DNA of 64,000 nucleotides from Dimorphilus gyrociliatus (Eukaryota; Animalia; Annelida), in NCBI GenBank assembly GCA_904063045.1, contig CAJFCJ010000001.1, positions 310,001-374,000 of the forward strand, in the 5' to 3' direction. The first letter of the stretch is position 1. Each line of letters begins with the position of its first letter. A model generated the notes under the pieces. It was not told where the DNA came from. It did no database searches and saw only the letters and a list, made by a program, of their open reading frames with translations. Both the position numbers and the translations under genes were made by a program. Shown piece by piece: positions 1-13,500 of the stretch.

Positions 1-20
1 ATTTTTCTAACTGATAAAAA

Positions 21-52
21 TCCCGCGAAATTAAATTGGGACGTAATTTGAA
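21..52. promoter_or_regulatory. E2F-like plus CHR-like elements, possibly the promoter of a gene outside the window
   Basis: TCCCGCGAAA at 21-30 (TTTCGCGGGA on minus) and TTTGAA at 47-52. The target gene is not visible. Confidence 0.25.
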
Positions 53-883
53 AGAGTACGCCGACTACTTCCGCCCATCTCGGTTACGTCAGTAACGCGC
101 CTGATTAAAGGCGAATGATTCGATTGCCGGGAAAGAAACTTGACAACACTATCGTCGGAACGTTTGATCCATGGGCATCTGGTGGCGCAGATGTATACGA
201 GTAAACTGTAATTCACCGCTATAGCCCGCTTTGTTTAAATAGAAAATGAATGACCTAGTAAAGCGGGCCCGTAAAACAATAGAACAATGTCATCTCTGCT
301 TTCGGACGCGATACCCCTTGTACTCCCTATTCAGATTTCGTTCTTTCCGGATTCTTTCCGTTACAACCATTGTCTCCTCTTACAAATTACCAATTTAACT
401 AGAATGTCTTATTTCATTTTTTAAAGTTATTTATTTGTAGAACAATAATAAGCATAACAATTCAGCACCGGCATTCTATTAGACTGGCGCCGGATCGGCC
501 AGTTTAAGACATGACAAACAAAATGAAACACGAGATCAGGAGGAAGAGAGAAAAGGTGTGGCAGCATTTTGTTTTTTATATAATCATTTTTTAAGTCTTT
601 TACTTCTAAATAGCAAAAATATTAATATTTTTTCGATAGTTCTGCGCGGATTGCACCAGACCCGAAGCTGTAAGGGAAAAAAATGCACATTATACACCTG
701 AAGAGAAGATATTGGCAACGTGCCAATGGCCTAACAATTGTCCTTATTTAGCCTTTACTAGCTACTACTACTTGTAAACAGCACTACTCCAGGCACGCAG
801 AGGTATACATAATAAATACGCAGGGGTTTACATACTTAAATACATGTATATGAATAAAATTCCTCACCTTGGACGTGATTTAT

Positions 884-1364
884 TTACAATTTTTTATTAC
901 TCCTGCTCACTTTTATACGCTTTTTGGTGACGAAGTAATCTGATTAGAAAAACAGAAGGAAATGTTTAATGCAAAAAATACAAGACGCCTAGATTTTTAA
1001 AATGGTCTTAAGACGAATAAAGAAAAATTTTCTTACCGGTTATTTCTGTTTGCCTTTTCCTCTTCCCATCTATAAGGTATTCATCTTCGGAATTTATTGA
1101 AGATGTATCTGCTGACGATCTGTCGTACAACTTTGTCCAGACGAAGTTACCGCCCGCTAAAGGCCGATCGTGGATAAAATCGAAGGACCATTTGTCACAG
1201 GCGTTGGATAATATAACCTTCCATTGTTGATCGAGGAAGAGTCTTGTTGTTTCTTGCCCTCCTTGATTATCCGATTCTTCTCCATCGTCGAAGAGGCGAC
1301 GCTTGGCTCGTCTCTTCTCGTTCGACTTCTTTACGAACGATTCTACGCTTACAACGTCCATCAT
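884..1364 (-). CDS. Cip/Kip-family cyclin-dependent kinase inhibitor (2 coding exons: 1364-1037, 939-884)
   Basis: Cy motif RRLF and CDI signature KWSFDF..RPLAGGNFVW. Donor GTAAGA at 1036 and acceptor TCTAATCAG at 940 give a C-terminus KRKRQTEITDYFVTKKRIKVSRSNKKL*. Family is clear; orthology to p21, p27 or p57 cannot be assigned. Confidence 0.9.
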
Positions 1365-1549
1365 AGCATAAATTCCTTATCGTCAAGTACTAATTCCTCT
1401 TCGATATTCTTGTAATACAGTTATATCGTATTGTTATCTTGATATATGTTTTCTTCTAAAAATTTATAAATAGAACAAGTAAAGTTTTACGACGATAACT
1501 TATCGTCCGGCTTCCTACGAAGAACTGAAGGCCGATCGCGTCCGTCACT

Positions 1550-1660
1550 TAAATGAATACAGAGGGATTCAAAATGGCGGTGCATCGACGAATGTTGATT
1601 GGTCCACATGATTTGGCGGGAAAATGCTTCGCGAGCTCAGCTTTGGCGGCTGCTGACGTA
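1550..1660 (-). promoter_or_regulatory. Putative CKI proximal promoter with E2F site and CCAAT box
   Basis: Canonical E2F word TTTCCCGCCAAA on the minus strand at 1612-1623 and a CCAAT (GATTGG on +) near 1597-1602, within a GC-richer patch about 200-300 bp upstream of the ATG. Confidence 0.5.
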
Positions 1661-2830
1661 AATAGCTCGCGGTCCGTTTCGCTTGCCTTTTTTGGTGAAA
1701 TACGCCCGTTTTTTTTTTATTCTTTAGCTGTTGGTTTCGTCCCTAATCGGACAGCGGCTTCTCGATTTACAATCTATGAATTATTTGTACCTAGTGTATG
1801 TAACGAATTTCTAATCTATGTATTGTAGCATATTTTCAACTTTGGACACCGTTATCACTTTCGCCGTTTTTGAATTGCGATCGTTATTTTTGAAAATTTG
1901 AAATAGCAGACGCTAGACGGCAGTGTGGGGGCGAAATGACGCGTTTTCAAAATATGACATTAAGGCCTTCCCTGTTTAGTTGACTAGGCCTAGCCTATTC
2001 TTGTAGAAAATATTTACAAATCAAAGGCCTGTATAGATGAGCTGATGTAAGTGCCTTGAAATTTGTTTTTTTTGCGTACGTAAAAGGTAGCAGTTATATA
2101 CAGTACGTACTTAACCATGGAATTTGATTTCTTTGGAACACTTTGACTTTTTTTAGGAACTCTATGAATGTAGTATATACGCCATCTATTGTTACATATA
2201 TTTATTACTATATCTTAAAAATGCTATAAATAGCATAAATGCCCCGCTTATGTTACGAATCTCGACGTCTATGGGAATTGTAAAATTCCTCAACGAATGT
2301 CATAAACGAAGTATCAATCTTTGTCGGTACGACTTCAGACGACTAGGAATCGTGACTAGGCATTGCGTTCCGAGCGTTGTTTATAGAAATCGTTCCCTTT
2401 CAAAAATAATCATTCCGATAAACAATTTTCTATCTTCTCGATTGAATTAGTGTGGCGAACGTGCTCCTATTAAGAGTATCCTATACAAATTTTACCAGCC
2501 AAATAAGGAGAAAATGCCAATGGAAGGTTACGTCAGAGAATTGTAACAAGGACAAAAAATGGACTAAAAAAATCCTCTAAACGTCAATTGCGCCATCTGT
2601 GTGAGAAACTTGCAAAAACTTAGTTGTTGGAGATGAAAAAAAAAAAGGTTGAAGGGAAATAGGGGTTAGAAAATTCCGACCCGTGACAATTTGCGTAAAA
2701 AGTGAGCGTGCCAAAAATCACGACTTACTAGGGGGCTATAGGTTTTAGTTTCAATGTGAAACATTCTTCTCATTCACGTGAGGTTCATCCTATTAAAATG
2801 TTCCGTTTGGTTAGGGAGAAGATCCATACA

Positions 2831-2903
2831 TTATAGGGGGCGCTAGTGGCTAAAAGAAAAGGAAAAATGAGAAGGATAACGTTATCGTTAAAACGCCTAT
2901 AAA
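2831..2903 (+). promoter_or_regulatory. TATA box and CTCF-like site, probable upstream promoter of receptor A
   Basis: CCTATAAAGG (TATAAA at 2898-2903) and TTATAGGGGGCGCTAG (2831-2846). The downstream ORFs at 2985-3328 behave like 5' UTR (acceptor TTTCTTTGCAG at 3184, no coherent protein). Confidence 0.35.
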
Positions 2904-3796
2904 GGATAAAGGACGGATCAATTCGAAGCGAAAAGAATGACGACATTAACGTTCCCGCGGTAGCCAACTCATCAAGCTGGTCAATTGCGACTCCTCAGGG
3001 GAAAGAAGAGGCGTTGTATAAACAGCTTCGTTATGCAATTTATGCGTAAAAATTTGTCGGCAAAAAAGGAAAATTGGTATTGCTCGGTTTTCCCAACTCT
3101 TATTCATTCCATCTCCCCCTCTCCCCCAACGTCGCCTTCTGCTCTCACTCTTTTTCCCTGTCTCTCACTTTTTTTTCTTTGCAGTTGACGTTCGACGTTC
3201 CCAGAGCAACGCGCCAGTTGAACAAACAAGCTCAGGGACCGTCGAATTCTACAGTAGCCAGAGCGTTTTTCGACAGCTCTCGCGAGAACGGCGATAGAAA
3301 TCTTGAGGCGTCCGACCGTCACGTATAGTCCTTTTTTCGCGAACGCTCAAAGGGAAGAAAAAGTCGAGCGACGAGACTTTATTAAAGAATTACTTTACGC
3401 GTGATTGGACAAACTAGAAGCAGATATCTAATCACGTTTGACCGCTTTCCTTACTCTTATTCTTTACTATTTCTTATTGTGAGCAAACAGAAAGAATAAA
3501 TAAAAAATCTAATTGTAATATATAAAATCAACCGACAATATTGGAAATATACAATTTTTTAGGGCATATTAGGCGCCATATGATCAAATATACATTATAT
3601 ATCGATTATCTCGATTATCCGAGTATTTCGAATACCGAAAAACACTAAGGCCAGCCACTCGTGAGGATAGGCAAACTGCCTAATGAAGGATAACATTTCA
3701 TATAGCTAAGAAAATTTACGACGATTGTAGCGACGTCTACATACAAGGAAAACGAGTCAGCTTTTTAGTCGCTACCGCAATTCTTCCGCAAACGCA

Positions 3797-5272
3797 ATGG
3801 ACTCTAATTCAGTCGTCAGCAGACGCAACTTTGCTGTTCTTTTGTCTACAATTTCTCATCTTTCAATTGTCTTCCTACTTACAGACGCTAAAGGTAAAAA
3901 GAAAAAGTAAAAAGAGAATATTTTTTTTTAACTATAAAAGAGAGAACTTCCCTTTGTTTCTACCACATCCGCCTGTTCCTTCCCTTCCTACCCTTCCTTT
4001 TTTGATTGAAAAAGAACGTGTTTCTTTAGTCATTTTATGAGGAGAAAAAGAGAGAATGTTTCAGGTCGAGTGAGCAAAGTAGCCTCTTTTGCAATCAACG
4101 CTTCATTTATAAATGTGCGCCGCGTTTCCGACCTATACACTGCCGCGTCTTCAGGCAATTGTTGTAAATATATTGCATACGTCCTTATACATACATACAC
4201 ATATATGTATTTACTATACAGTTTAACATATCTATTGTGTGTATAAGAGGCCTATACAATATATTTATTTTAATATATTGAGAAATGTACATCTAGCTAG
4301 ACATTAATATAAGAAGAATAAATGAATAAGACATATAAGAGGTACATATCGTACGGTTACATATACAGTATATACTGTATATGTATATATAATACGTTTT
4401 GTATAACATTGAATAAATGCACGCTATGCGGCGTAAAACTGCAAAAATATCATAAAAAATGCACAACGCTCACACCTATTGTTCAACCGACACTTTTCAG
4501 TCTCGTTTTTTTTAATCAATAATCTACGCTATTAAAAACAGGCGAAAAAAGAGTATCGTTATGTGAATAATTATTGTTGCATAATTATAAACGTTAAAAA
4601 GTGTGGAACAGGAGACTTCCATAGTATTTATGTGCTGCATGTAAGTGCATACGCCGTTTAGATTTTATTCACCTCACCTCCTCCCTACCTGCCATTGTTT
4701 TTACTTTATGCAAGCAAAAAAATTTAAGAATAATTAATCACTTTTTTTTTTGTTAATTAGCTTTTCTTTTTTTTTTATAGTCAAAATCTTGTAATCAAAT
4801 TATCTTATTTTAAGGCATTTGTCCATTTACACTTGTTCACTCCTTTATTTGTATTTCTTTTCAGATACTTGTTGGCCTTTTAACTATGAAAAAACATGCG
4901 AATGGGGCGAAGTAATATTAATGCAAACAGCTCGATTTGGGAGGTGGAAAAGGAGGAGTAATTGTTCAACGTTACCCTATGATACGGGTTGTTCCTTAGA
5001 CTCTTTGAAGAATCTTGATACGTTGTGTTCAGGAAAAAATCGTTGCTCGTTCCATGTCGCCAGTAATCTACCGTACGTGCGATTCCAAAGCGAGTGTAAA
5101 GTTAAAAATAAAGATGTTATGCCTTATTTGGAAACGTTCAGCGAATGTATTAGAGGTATGAATATTGTATGATGTTGGAATATACAACTGCTTTCTTTTT
5201 ATCCTTGACTCACACAGAAAGTAAAACACCTACTTAAACACACATACGTATAGAGAAATATAGATTGTATAC

Positions 5273-5326
<54 letters not shown>

Positions 5327-7614
5327 CTGTATATTCTGTATATACATTTTTATACATTGGTAGATATCTTACATGCAGGCATACTCCCAACCTCACGCTC
5401 ACTCAAACGCTCACGTAAACGCTTACACAAACGCTCACACAACGTTTATACTCACGCTTACACACGTACACACGCCAATACCCTTTCAGTTTTTTCCTTC
5501 GCTCATCCTTTCTTCAGATCTCTATCAAGTCAATTGTGCTTTTCCCTGAATCTTTTGCTTGATCTTGTTACCTAAATGATTTTTTATTTGGTTTATTTTT
5601 TTGTGTAGTTGAAACGGAATGCGGTCGTACTATTAAGAAAAAGAATGGTTTCCTCTCGTCTACAAGGGCTTGTTCCGAACCTTGGATTATTTCCGGTAAA
5701 TCCGGCCAACAGGTTGAGTTATTCTATTATGATTTTGGTCGGAATTCTGAAACTGGGAAATGCGTTGTTCAAGTAAGGGAGGACGGAGGACGGATGCAGA
5801 CTGTAGAATGCGTACGTGATCCGAGGCAACGTCGATTGGCCTTGTATGTTAGCCGAGGGCGTCGACTAGGCGTCACCATGCTCGATGAACCGTCGGGCGG
5901 TGCTATGCTGATTGAATATCAGAGTAAGTCTACTAATCGAACGTTTGTCTTGGTTCTGGTCTCGAGTCGCGATTGATCGATTAGGCGAGCGTCGAATTTC
6001 CCCGCTTATATATGCCGCTTACTCGCTTAATTAACCGCAAACTTTCGCCGACAAACTCCAATACGGCTTGATAAAATATTTAAGCGAGGAAGATAGTCGT
6101 TATAGACCGGAGGCCACGAAAAAATTTCAATTATTCATAACCATTGTTTTGTCGTCGTGACAAACCAATCATCGCGTCTGCCTTAGGCCGAAATCTAATT
6201 AACCCGTAGCTTCCGAAAACAAAATAAATAATAATAGCAATGGTAATATTTGTAGTGAAATAGCATTGGCTTTGTCTACGAGAAAGGATTAAAGAGTACA
6301 AGAACGCATGCGCAGCTGTAAAGGTGATGAGTTGTCTCTAATTCGTAAATTGAAGAGAACAACTTCAAAGACATATCACCAGTTTCAAGCTCAGTGTATA
6401 TTTTTACAAGATAATGATAAGTAGTGCCGTACTGAAAGACACTAGATTTTGTTTTTGTTCCAATTCGTTTCTAACACTCTCGCTAATTTTTTTTGTTTCT
6501 CTTTAAACCTTGTACATCAATGTGAACTAGTTCAGAGGAAAGAGAGACACAAGCTCACAGATACACACACGCATACGTTTGTGGCTGCGAACATAATTCT
6601 TATTGATTGTTTGCCATTGTTTGTTCACAAAGCTTCTTACGCGTGCTTAAAAAATAGAAAGAATGAAACTTTCTTCGATGGAAAAGAATGAAAAATTCAC
6701 AATCGAAATTAAACACGAAAAACAGATAGTATATAACCAATATCCATATTATTTGTGTGTGTTTAGTCCCAATACTTGTTTGTCCGCAACGTAATACATT
6801 TTATTCTATTACTTTACTTGTTTAAAACCCCGTCAGTCATCGGCTGTCCGCATCCTAAGCATACCAGGCAAACGCATTACCGGCGATTCGACAACAAGCT
6901 GCAAGCCATCTGCAACCGGACAGGAACTACCACAATGCTCACCTGCAATGGAACGCATTGGGTAGGGGAATGGCCAGATTGTGGACGCCCTTCACCGTCA
7001 GATGCTTCTTGGAAGGACGTCAAATGGGGAGGAGTCAGTCTACCTTATGGTAATTTTCTTTTCATTTAGGTATATATTTAACAATAATAAATGGGGAGAG
7101 TTCTTCCGTATATTTTGATATACAATCGCAAACAATTTTATATCCACAAGTCTAAAACAGTAAATTATTCTCTCTCTCCTCGCAATCTATCTTAACTGAT
7201 GAAATATATTTTCTAGGGGTTTGGATCGTTATCATTATCGGGAGTGCCCTTATCGTTAGTCTTCTAATTCTAACAACGGGCTTAATATTCCTTCGAAGGT
7301 TTGAAACGTTTCTGTTTTATTTCACTTTATCTTTATTATTTTATTATATTTGTTATTTTCTTTCTTTTACAATTCAATTAAATCGAAAACGAAACAGGCA
7401 GATCCGCTCTAGGGACGAATCAGCAGAAGACTCTATGAAGGACGTCGTCCTAAACAGGAGTACTGGGCCCAACAGCGGCTTATATGAAAGTCGGACGGGA
7501 ACGTTGTTAATTCGAGGTCACCCCATATACGAGACTGCAACGTTGGAGAATAACGAACGAACTTTGCTGAATAATCAATGTGTTCACGCGACTGTGCTTA
7601 GCAAGCCATTGTGA
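3797..7614 (+). CDS. Receptor A: signal peptide - SUEL/Gal_Lectin domain - CUB - Sushi/CCP - TM - cytoplasmic tail (exons 3797-3893, 4865-5155, 5609-5923, 6837-7049, 7217-7298, 7398-7614)
   Basis: All six exons join in frame through GT-AG introns (phases 1,1,1,1,2). The 8-Cys lectin domain has ARFGR and CSGKNRC. CUB-like exon CGRTI..GFLSS..WIISG..QVEL. Sushi GCPHP..C..LTCNGTHWVGEWPDC. TM GVWIVIIIGSALIVSLLILTTGLIFL. Confidence 0.85.
5268..5335. repeat. (TA)n/(TATG)n microsatellite in intron 2 of receptor A
   Basis: Direct reading of the TA run. Confidence 0.9.
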
Positions 7615-9039
7615 ATGGGCATTTAAAACAAAGGGTATAATGATTGAAGAGCATCGAACTTAACGTCGTCTACCAGGTGGAAGAAACAGTTTGGGATCTT
7701 AACGACAGTACGAACAATGATTGATAAACAATACTTCCTATAATGAAATCTCGAGCCTTCGTATATATTTATATAAAGATATATAAATAGTTGTTACTGT
7801 ATATATTTATATATATTTACTTTCATATAATTCTTCTTTGTTATTTTTTATTTATTTTCTTTTAATATTCTTTCCCTCTTCTCTTCTTTGTTATTCTCCT
7901 TTTACCTTATTCGAACAATTTCCGATTCCTGTTCGATTTAACGAGATGTCGGACGTAATTAATTTTCTTCTTAGGCCTAACTCGAAGTGGTTTTAAAGGG
8001 TGCGTGCGGTCTAGTCGTTGAGTTGATGACTATTATAGCCACGGCTGCCGTCGGTACTAAGAGAGGGTGAAAATAAATAGAAATAGGGATAAGCACGCTC
8101 ATTCTTTTCTGTACGTGATACGTTAACCTTCCTTCAACCGGTAAAGGGGCGGACATGGATGGAGAAAACGACTACTTTTATTTAGATATTTTTCTATTCC
8201 TTAATCCTCTGAGAACAATACGTTAAAGTAAATATGCACGAAACAACCTGTTGGTTATGTCTCGAAAGAGCAACAGATAGCGCTCTGGTAGCCAAACTGA
8301 AGAATCCGTTTGGAAAAATTGATATGACAGTAGGAAACACCAGATGCCGCCTTGAAATAACAGCGCCACCAATCTCTTCACAAATTATCAGCATACTGTT
8401 AAGAAAGGGAGTAAGCAAAAGAGGGAGAGAGTGAGAAAGCAAGAGAGCGAGAGAGACGGAAAAGATTGAAATATAGTGTTTTTTTTTCAACGCCACCTAT
8501 AGCGTATATTGGACTGCAATCTATAGTAGACTGCCTGCAGCATCTCAGGCATGTGCTAACTTTCAGAGAGCGAATTCTGACGATCTGATGGACAATGGCA
8601 GCTGAGGAAAACGAGCTGTTTCGGTCGGTATTTCCTTTTTATTTCTTTGCAGTAGGAATTTAGTCGGTTTAAAATGGAAGCATTAGTTTACAATGTATAT
8701 AGATATTTATAGACTAGCTGGCTAGAGCAAATGTATAAAGTGTAAAATGCGTAAATCGTGTAAACAAGGAGCACTTAACATACCACATCGATCTCACCTG
8801 CGAGAAATAAAGAATTGAAGAGAATTGGGTAACGATCGGTTTGTCGAAAATAAGAGATGCTTTAAAAATTTTCAAATAAAAATTCTGAAATATACCGCAA
8901 AAGACGACTCCAAGCAGACATAGAAATTGGCGACTGATGGCTCAATCGTATTGACGCGTCCCTACTTTGCTCCCGTGATGACAGCCTATTATAATATATT
9001 TTTTTCCCAGTTGCTGTATATAAAATTTATATAATATAT

Positions 9040-9410
9040 CTATCTATTTATATAAAATATATAGTATATATATGTATATATATATATATATTATATATAT
9101 ATATATGTTTATATTATACATATATATAAATATATTATATAATATAAAAATATAGGTATCATCTTGGATTATTCTGGATTATATCTAGTGATATATATCA
9201 TACATATGCTATACACACATTAAAACTTGGCATTTATTTATGGATATATTAATCTGTTTTCAACTGTAAACTCCATACTCTTTTGCAATAAGCAGTAAAA
9301 ATATACAATATATATATATACATATATACAATATATTGCCTAGAAAACAGGATATACTATGCAGTATATGCAAGAGAAACTATATATATATATATATATA
9401 TACATTTATG
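9040..9410. repeat. AT-rich low-complexity region with several (TA)n runs
   Basis: Direct reading. Confidence 0.8.
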
Positions 9411-10532
9411 TATAGAAGTAACATCTTAGAAAGTACTAAAATTGTTTAAGACAAATATGTAATTTATTATTAATTATATATAATTGATAATGCACTTCTT
9501 GCATATTTTGATGCTATGCTTATTATAAAATTGTACATTTATAATGAAATATCATTTAAATTATGTCAGTATGAAGCTGAAAGTTAGGGAGAAAAGGGAA
9601 TTTCTGTAACTATGGGCTTTCAAGGCTCTTTATAAAATATAATTTGCAGAGGAAATGAAATCATTATAAGTTAATGATGGTCAACACTGTCACAACAAAT
9701 ATTTCACGTACTGTACATAAAAACTGGAATAATGCAGCAGCGAGAACGAGATACTGTGTTTAAAGAACGAGAGCTCGAGAAACAAGATTCTACAGCCTTT
9801 GCAAAGAAATAATCTAGCGATCTATAATCGAAATTATGCCTTCTATTTCCTAACTTACAGGCTACCAACTGCTTTAGTCAAAGAGTTCTAAGCAGCCATA
9901 TAGACTCGTCTACGTTTGGTGATATTCCCTCTGCCATGGATCAGTGGTATTGTTCAGGGAATTAGTTCCATAAAAGTACCTTGTTACGGTCTCATTTTGT
10001 AAATTTACTCATTTCACTTACATTTAATCGTCTCTCTGTAGCCTAAAGGCTTAAATAAGTATATTGTGTAAAGAAAGACTAAAGTCATCCTTATGGGACT
10101 ATCATTTAGACTCAGATCATCTGATAAGGTAGGATCTATGCTCTAAAGTAATATTATTAAAAGTTTGAAATTTTATATATAAATCATCATATTTAAGAAA
10201 TATCCGATAATATTAGGATTTGCAGTCAAGTAATAGTGAAGGAAGTATTTAGCTTCCAACTGTATAATTTTGTCTGTTTGTTAACAGATTTTAGTAGTCA
10301 TTAAATGATTTTAATAGCTTTTGTAGCCTAATATAAAGTATATACAACTCAAAAAGTACTGTATATATACTACAGACATGATCTCTCCGGATACAAATAT
10401 AAACATATTCTATATATATGCAGTATATAAATACTCGCTCATATAATTTTAAACGTGGTAGAATGTATAGGCCTAATTTTAATCAATAGATAATCGTGTA
10501 GATTAAAGACGTTAATCTCCTTCTTGCAGAGA

Positions 10533-13500
10533 ATGTACGATCGACTGGTATGCTCACGATTCGAATTAATTGTCGTCCTTGTTATAACTGGAGTTCTACT
10601 CGAATCAGGTCAGTATTTATTTGTAATCGGAAGGGAGCAGTCTTTAGTGGGAAAAGATGAACGCCTGAGCGGCGATATTTTGTATTGTGAACGTCGGTCT
10701 ACTAATATCGTTAGCGTCGACTGGCGTACTTGAGCCGTCCTTCTCTAATAAGATTACTCTGACCGGCGGCGTCACTAAACCAAATCATATCGTACTCTAA
10801 ATGTATATTTATTTATTTTATATGCTGTACTCAAAAATATTATTCATATAGTGTTTTTTCGGGGAGAGGGGAGGGGGGCTTGAACATCTGCCGAATGTTT
10901 ATCTTGCAAACTATGCTTTCGGCGTCGGGGTAAACTCGATCCGCCAGTCGTTAAATTGCACACGCGTTCCGAATAGAAACTGTATATATTGGAAACATAG
11001 ATTGCATACATAACGCGGCTCTCGGGATAATCTCTGCTCTCGCGTAAAATGTGCACGAATTTTTCCTTTTTCTTTTCTCCAAGGCGTTCCTCAGAGACGC
11101 CAAGAGAAATGCGAGACTTTTAGTTTGACGCTTTTTACAGCCCTCTTTAATCACCCTTTTCTCTTTCTTTCTTTTCTTTTTCTACCTCTTTCCGTATGCC
11201 AACTCCCCACCCCCATGCTGCTTTTTTTTCTCTCAAAAAAGACAAGAAAAGTGAGCAAAATCGATCACATAGCATTTTTCACTCTCAAGGTTTTTTTTTA
11301 AAATTTGTACCGTTATCCTGAATGTTCGCTCAACTGCGAAAAATTCGCTTCCGCTAAGCAAATTGGCAGGATTCGTTTAAGTCGTCGTTAATTAAGCGAA
11401 TTGACGTCGAATTTTAAAGAACGCCATCTGTTTCGATGTTCATTTTAATTTCCAGAAAACATTAAATCGGGGTGGGAAGAGTCTAATATGCTACCCTATA
11501 GGCGGATTGGCTAGTGAAAAAGCAATTAGTTCTTCCAGGTTGACTTTGACTTTTTTCCTGGGCTTATGGGAGAAATAGAGAATAGGTTGGGTAAGGGCAG
11601 AGGGAAAAGGCATTCTATGGGAAAAAGTCTTAGCTGTTAACGAGATGTGGGAAAGAGAACTCCGTATTCTATCTACTTTCTTTATTTTCTAGTTGACAAA
11701 GTTGACGACTCATGGACGACAAAAGAATTTAAATCAACACCTACAAACAAGTCGGGCTTCTTCTCTTCACCAAACTATCCAAATAAATATCCTGGAGGTC
11801 AGCGAATTTTCCTCAGATTCAAAGCCCAAGAAAACGAACGAGTCAAGATCAAGTTTGTAGATTTTGACGTTCACGGCCTATGGCCTGAGTAAGTATAACT
11901 GTACTGATTTTCTGCTTGATTTCGTTCAATGAGAACGTTTGTAGGCCTTTCTCAAATATATATATATATATATACATACAGTATATATATTTATAGATAT
12001 TCTATATAGATTTATTATAATAAATGTATATAGATGTACTATAAATATATTTATATCCGCAACTCTTTGATCAAACTGACTAGTCTCAGTATCATATATG
12101 CATCTAAAATCAAATGAGAGAATTTATTCCCGTTACCCACCTTTTAGAGCTTTCAGCGAGGCGTATACATTACAGGGAATACTCTCTTTTGAGAACAATT
12201 GACTGCTCTTTCATATATCTATTACGATTGTCCCTCAATGATAATTGGGCCGCCAACACCATATACTATATATCGTTTATACCGTAAACAACGAATATTG
12301 TAAGCGTTCTAAACCAGCTTCTTTGGTATATAGTCACGTGAGATAAGCCGATTTCTCCTTTTTAACCCTGTTCGTTGAAAGGTTAGAAATAATTTAAGCC
12401 TAGTTTTATATTTTAATAATGAGAATTAGTATCATTTGAAAGGTAAAGATAATTAAGAGATATTGGTTTTATAATGGTTGAATAGATTTTAATGTAAATT
12501 TAATTTAGTCGTCTCTTATCAGGCAGAATAGTCAGTCCTATTTAAATATCACAAGTAATTCAATCAAGAGCCCAATTGTCGGTGTATCCTTGATTCTCGA
12601 TACAAGCTACTACAATGGTTTATTCCTTCCTCTTCAAAGAGAAAATAATCGGGAAAAATCTCTCTACAGATCATATCTTTGCAAGATGAAGCATTTAAAT
12701 TCTTTTTTACCCATTTAGACTTTCTTTCTTCTCTTTGCAGTTATTCTCATATTCCCTTTTAACTATACAGTAAAAAGCTAAGGCATTTCTATCTAAAATC
12801 TAATATTTTGTAAGTAACAAGAATGAGTAAATGACGAAAAACGTTGACAAGAGTGAAAATGACACAGAGCAATTGTTTATCAATCACCGACTTTTTAAGC
12901 CTATTAGTTTATGCTTTGCAGTCTTGTTTGGAGAAAAAGCAAGAAAATTAGCCATACTGTATTACTTTATAACGTAAAAAAAAAAAAGAGAGAATATATT
13001 TATTTTTCCCATCTCTTCTCTATTACCACAGTAATTTCGTTTGACTTTTTCATTCATAATTCTTATCGATTAATTTATCTTAAAGTTATTCACCGAAAAA
13101 CGTTTCGCTAAATAATTGATGAAAACGAAAATCCGATAACGTCATTTTGAAAGAATTCTGTAATAAATCACCTGCAACATGCTGAAAAAAATCCCGCATT
13201 TATCTCGTGTGTAATAGCTTAACTTTACCAAAGAAAAATAGGACTCACATAAAGACAATGCGCAGATAGCGAGGCCCGATTGACGCGTTTCCATGGTGAC
13301 GTTTCGTAGAGGCGTTCTTTTTTCGTCGTCCCGATTGATCTGCTCGTGACGGGATCGCCAGTCAAAAGGTCAAGGACAGGCAGTATTAGTGTTTTCTCCT
13401 TTCACTTATTCTTGGACCGCCCGCTCGAAAATTGTTGGAGTGAGCAATCAGTCAGACAGGGCTTTATGGTTTAGACTGCTAGAGTTGTATAAAAGTATTC

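Noticed and set aside
650-656. miR-92/25 seed match (GTGCAAT on the minus strand) in the presumed CKI 3' UTR
   Set aside because: A single 7-mer with unknown UTR extent; not distinguishable from chance without conservation data.
1491-1507. 17-bp inverted repeat GACGATAA-C-TTATCGTC upstream of the CKI
   Set aside because: A single short palindrome with no second copy or recognisable factor; one such occurrence in 64 kb is plausible by chance.
5773-5778. GTAAGG donor-like site inside receptor A exon 3
   Set aside because: The frame continues and completes the CUB domain to the donor at 5924, so this site is probably not the main one.
8234-8434. ORF with CWLC, the gammaretroviral Env SU motif
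   Set aside because: Only 66 aa, with no signal peptide, TM, CX6CC or neighbouring gag/pol/LTR; most likely chance.
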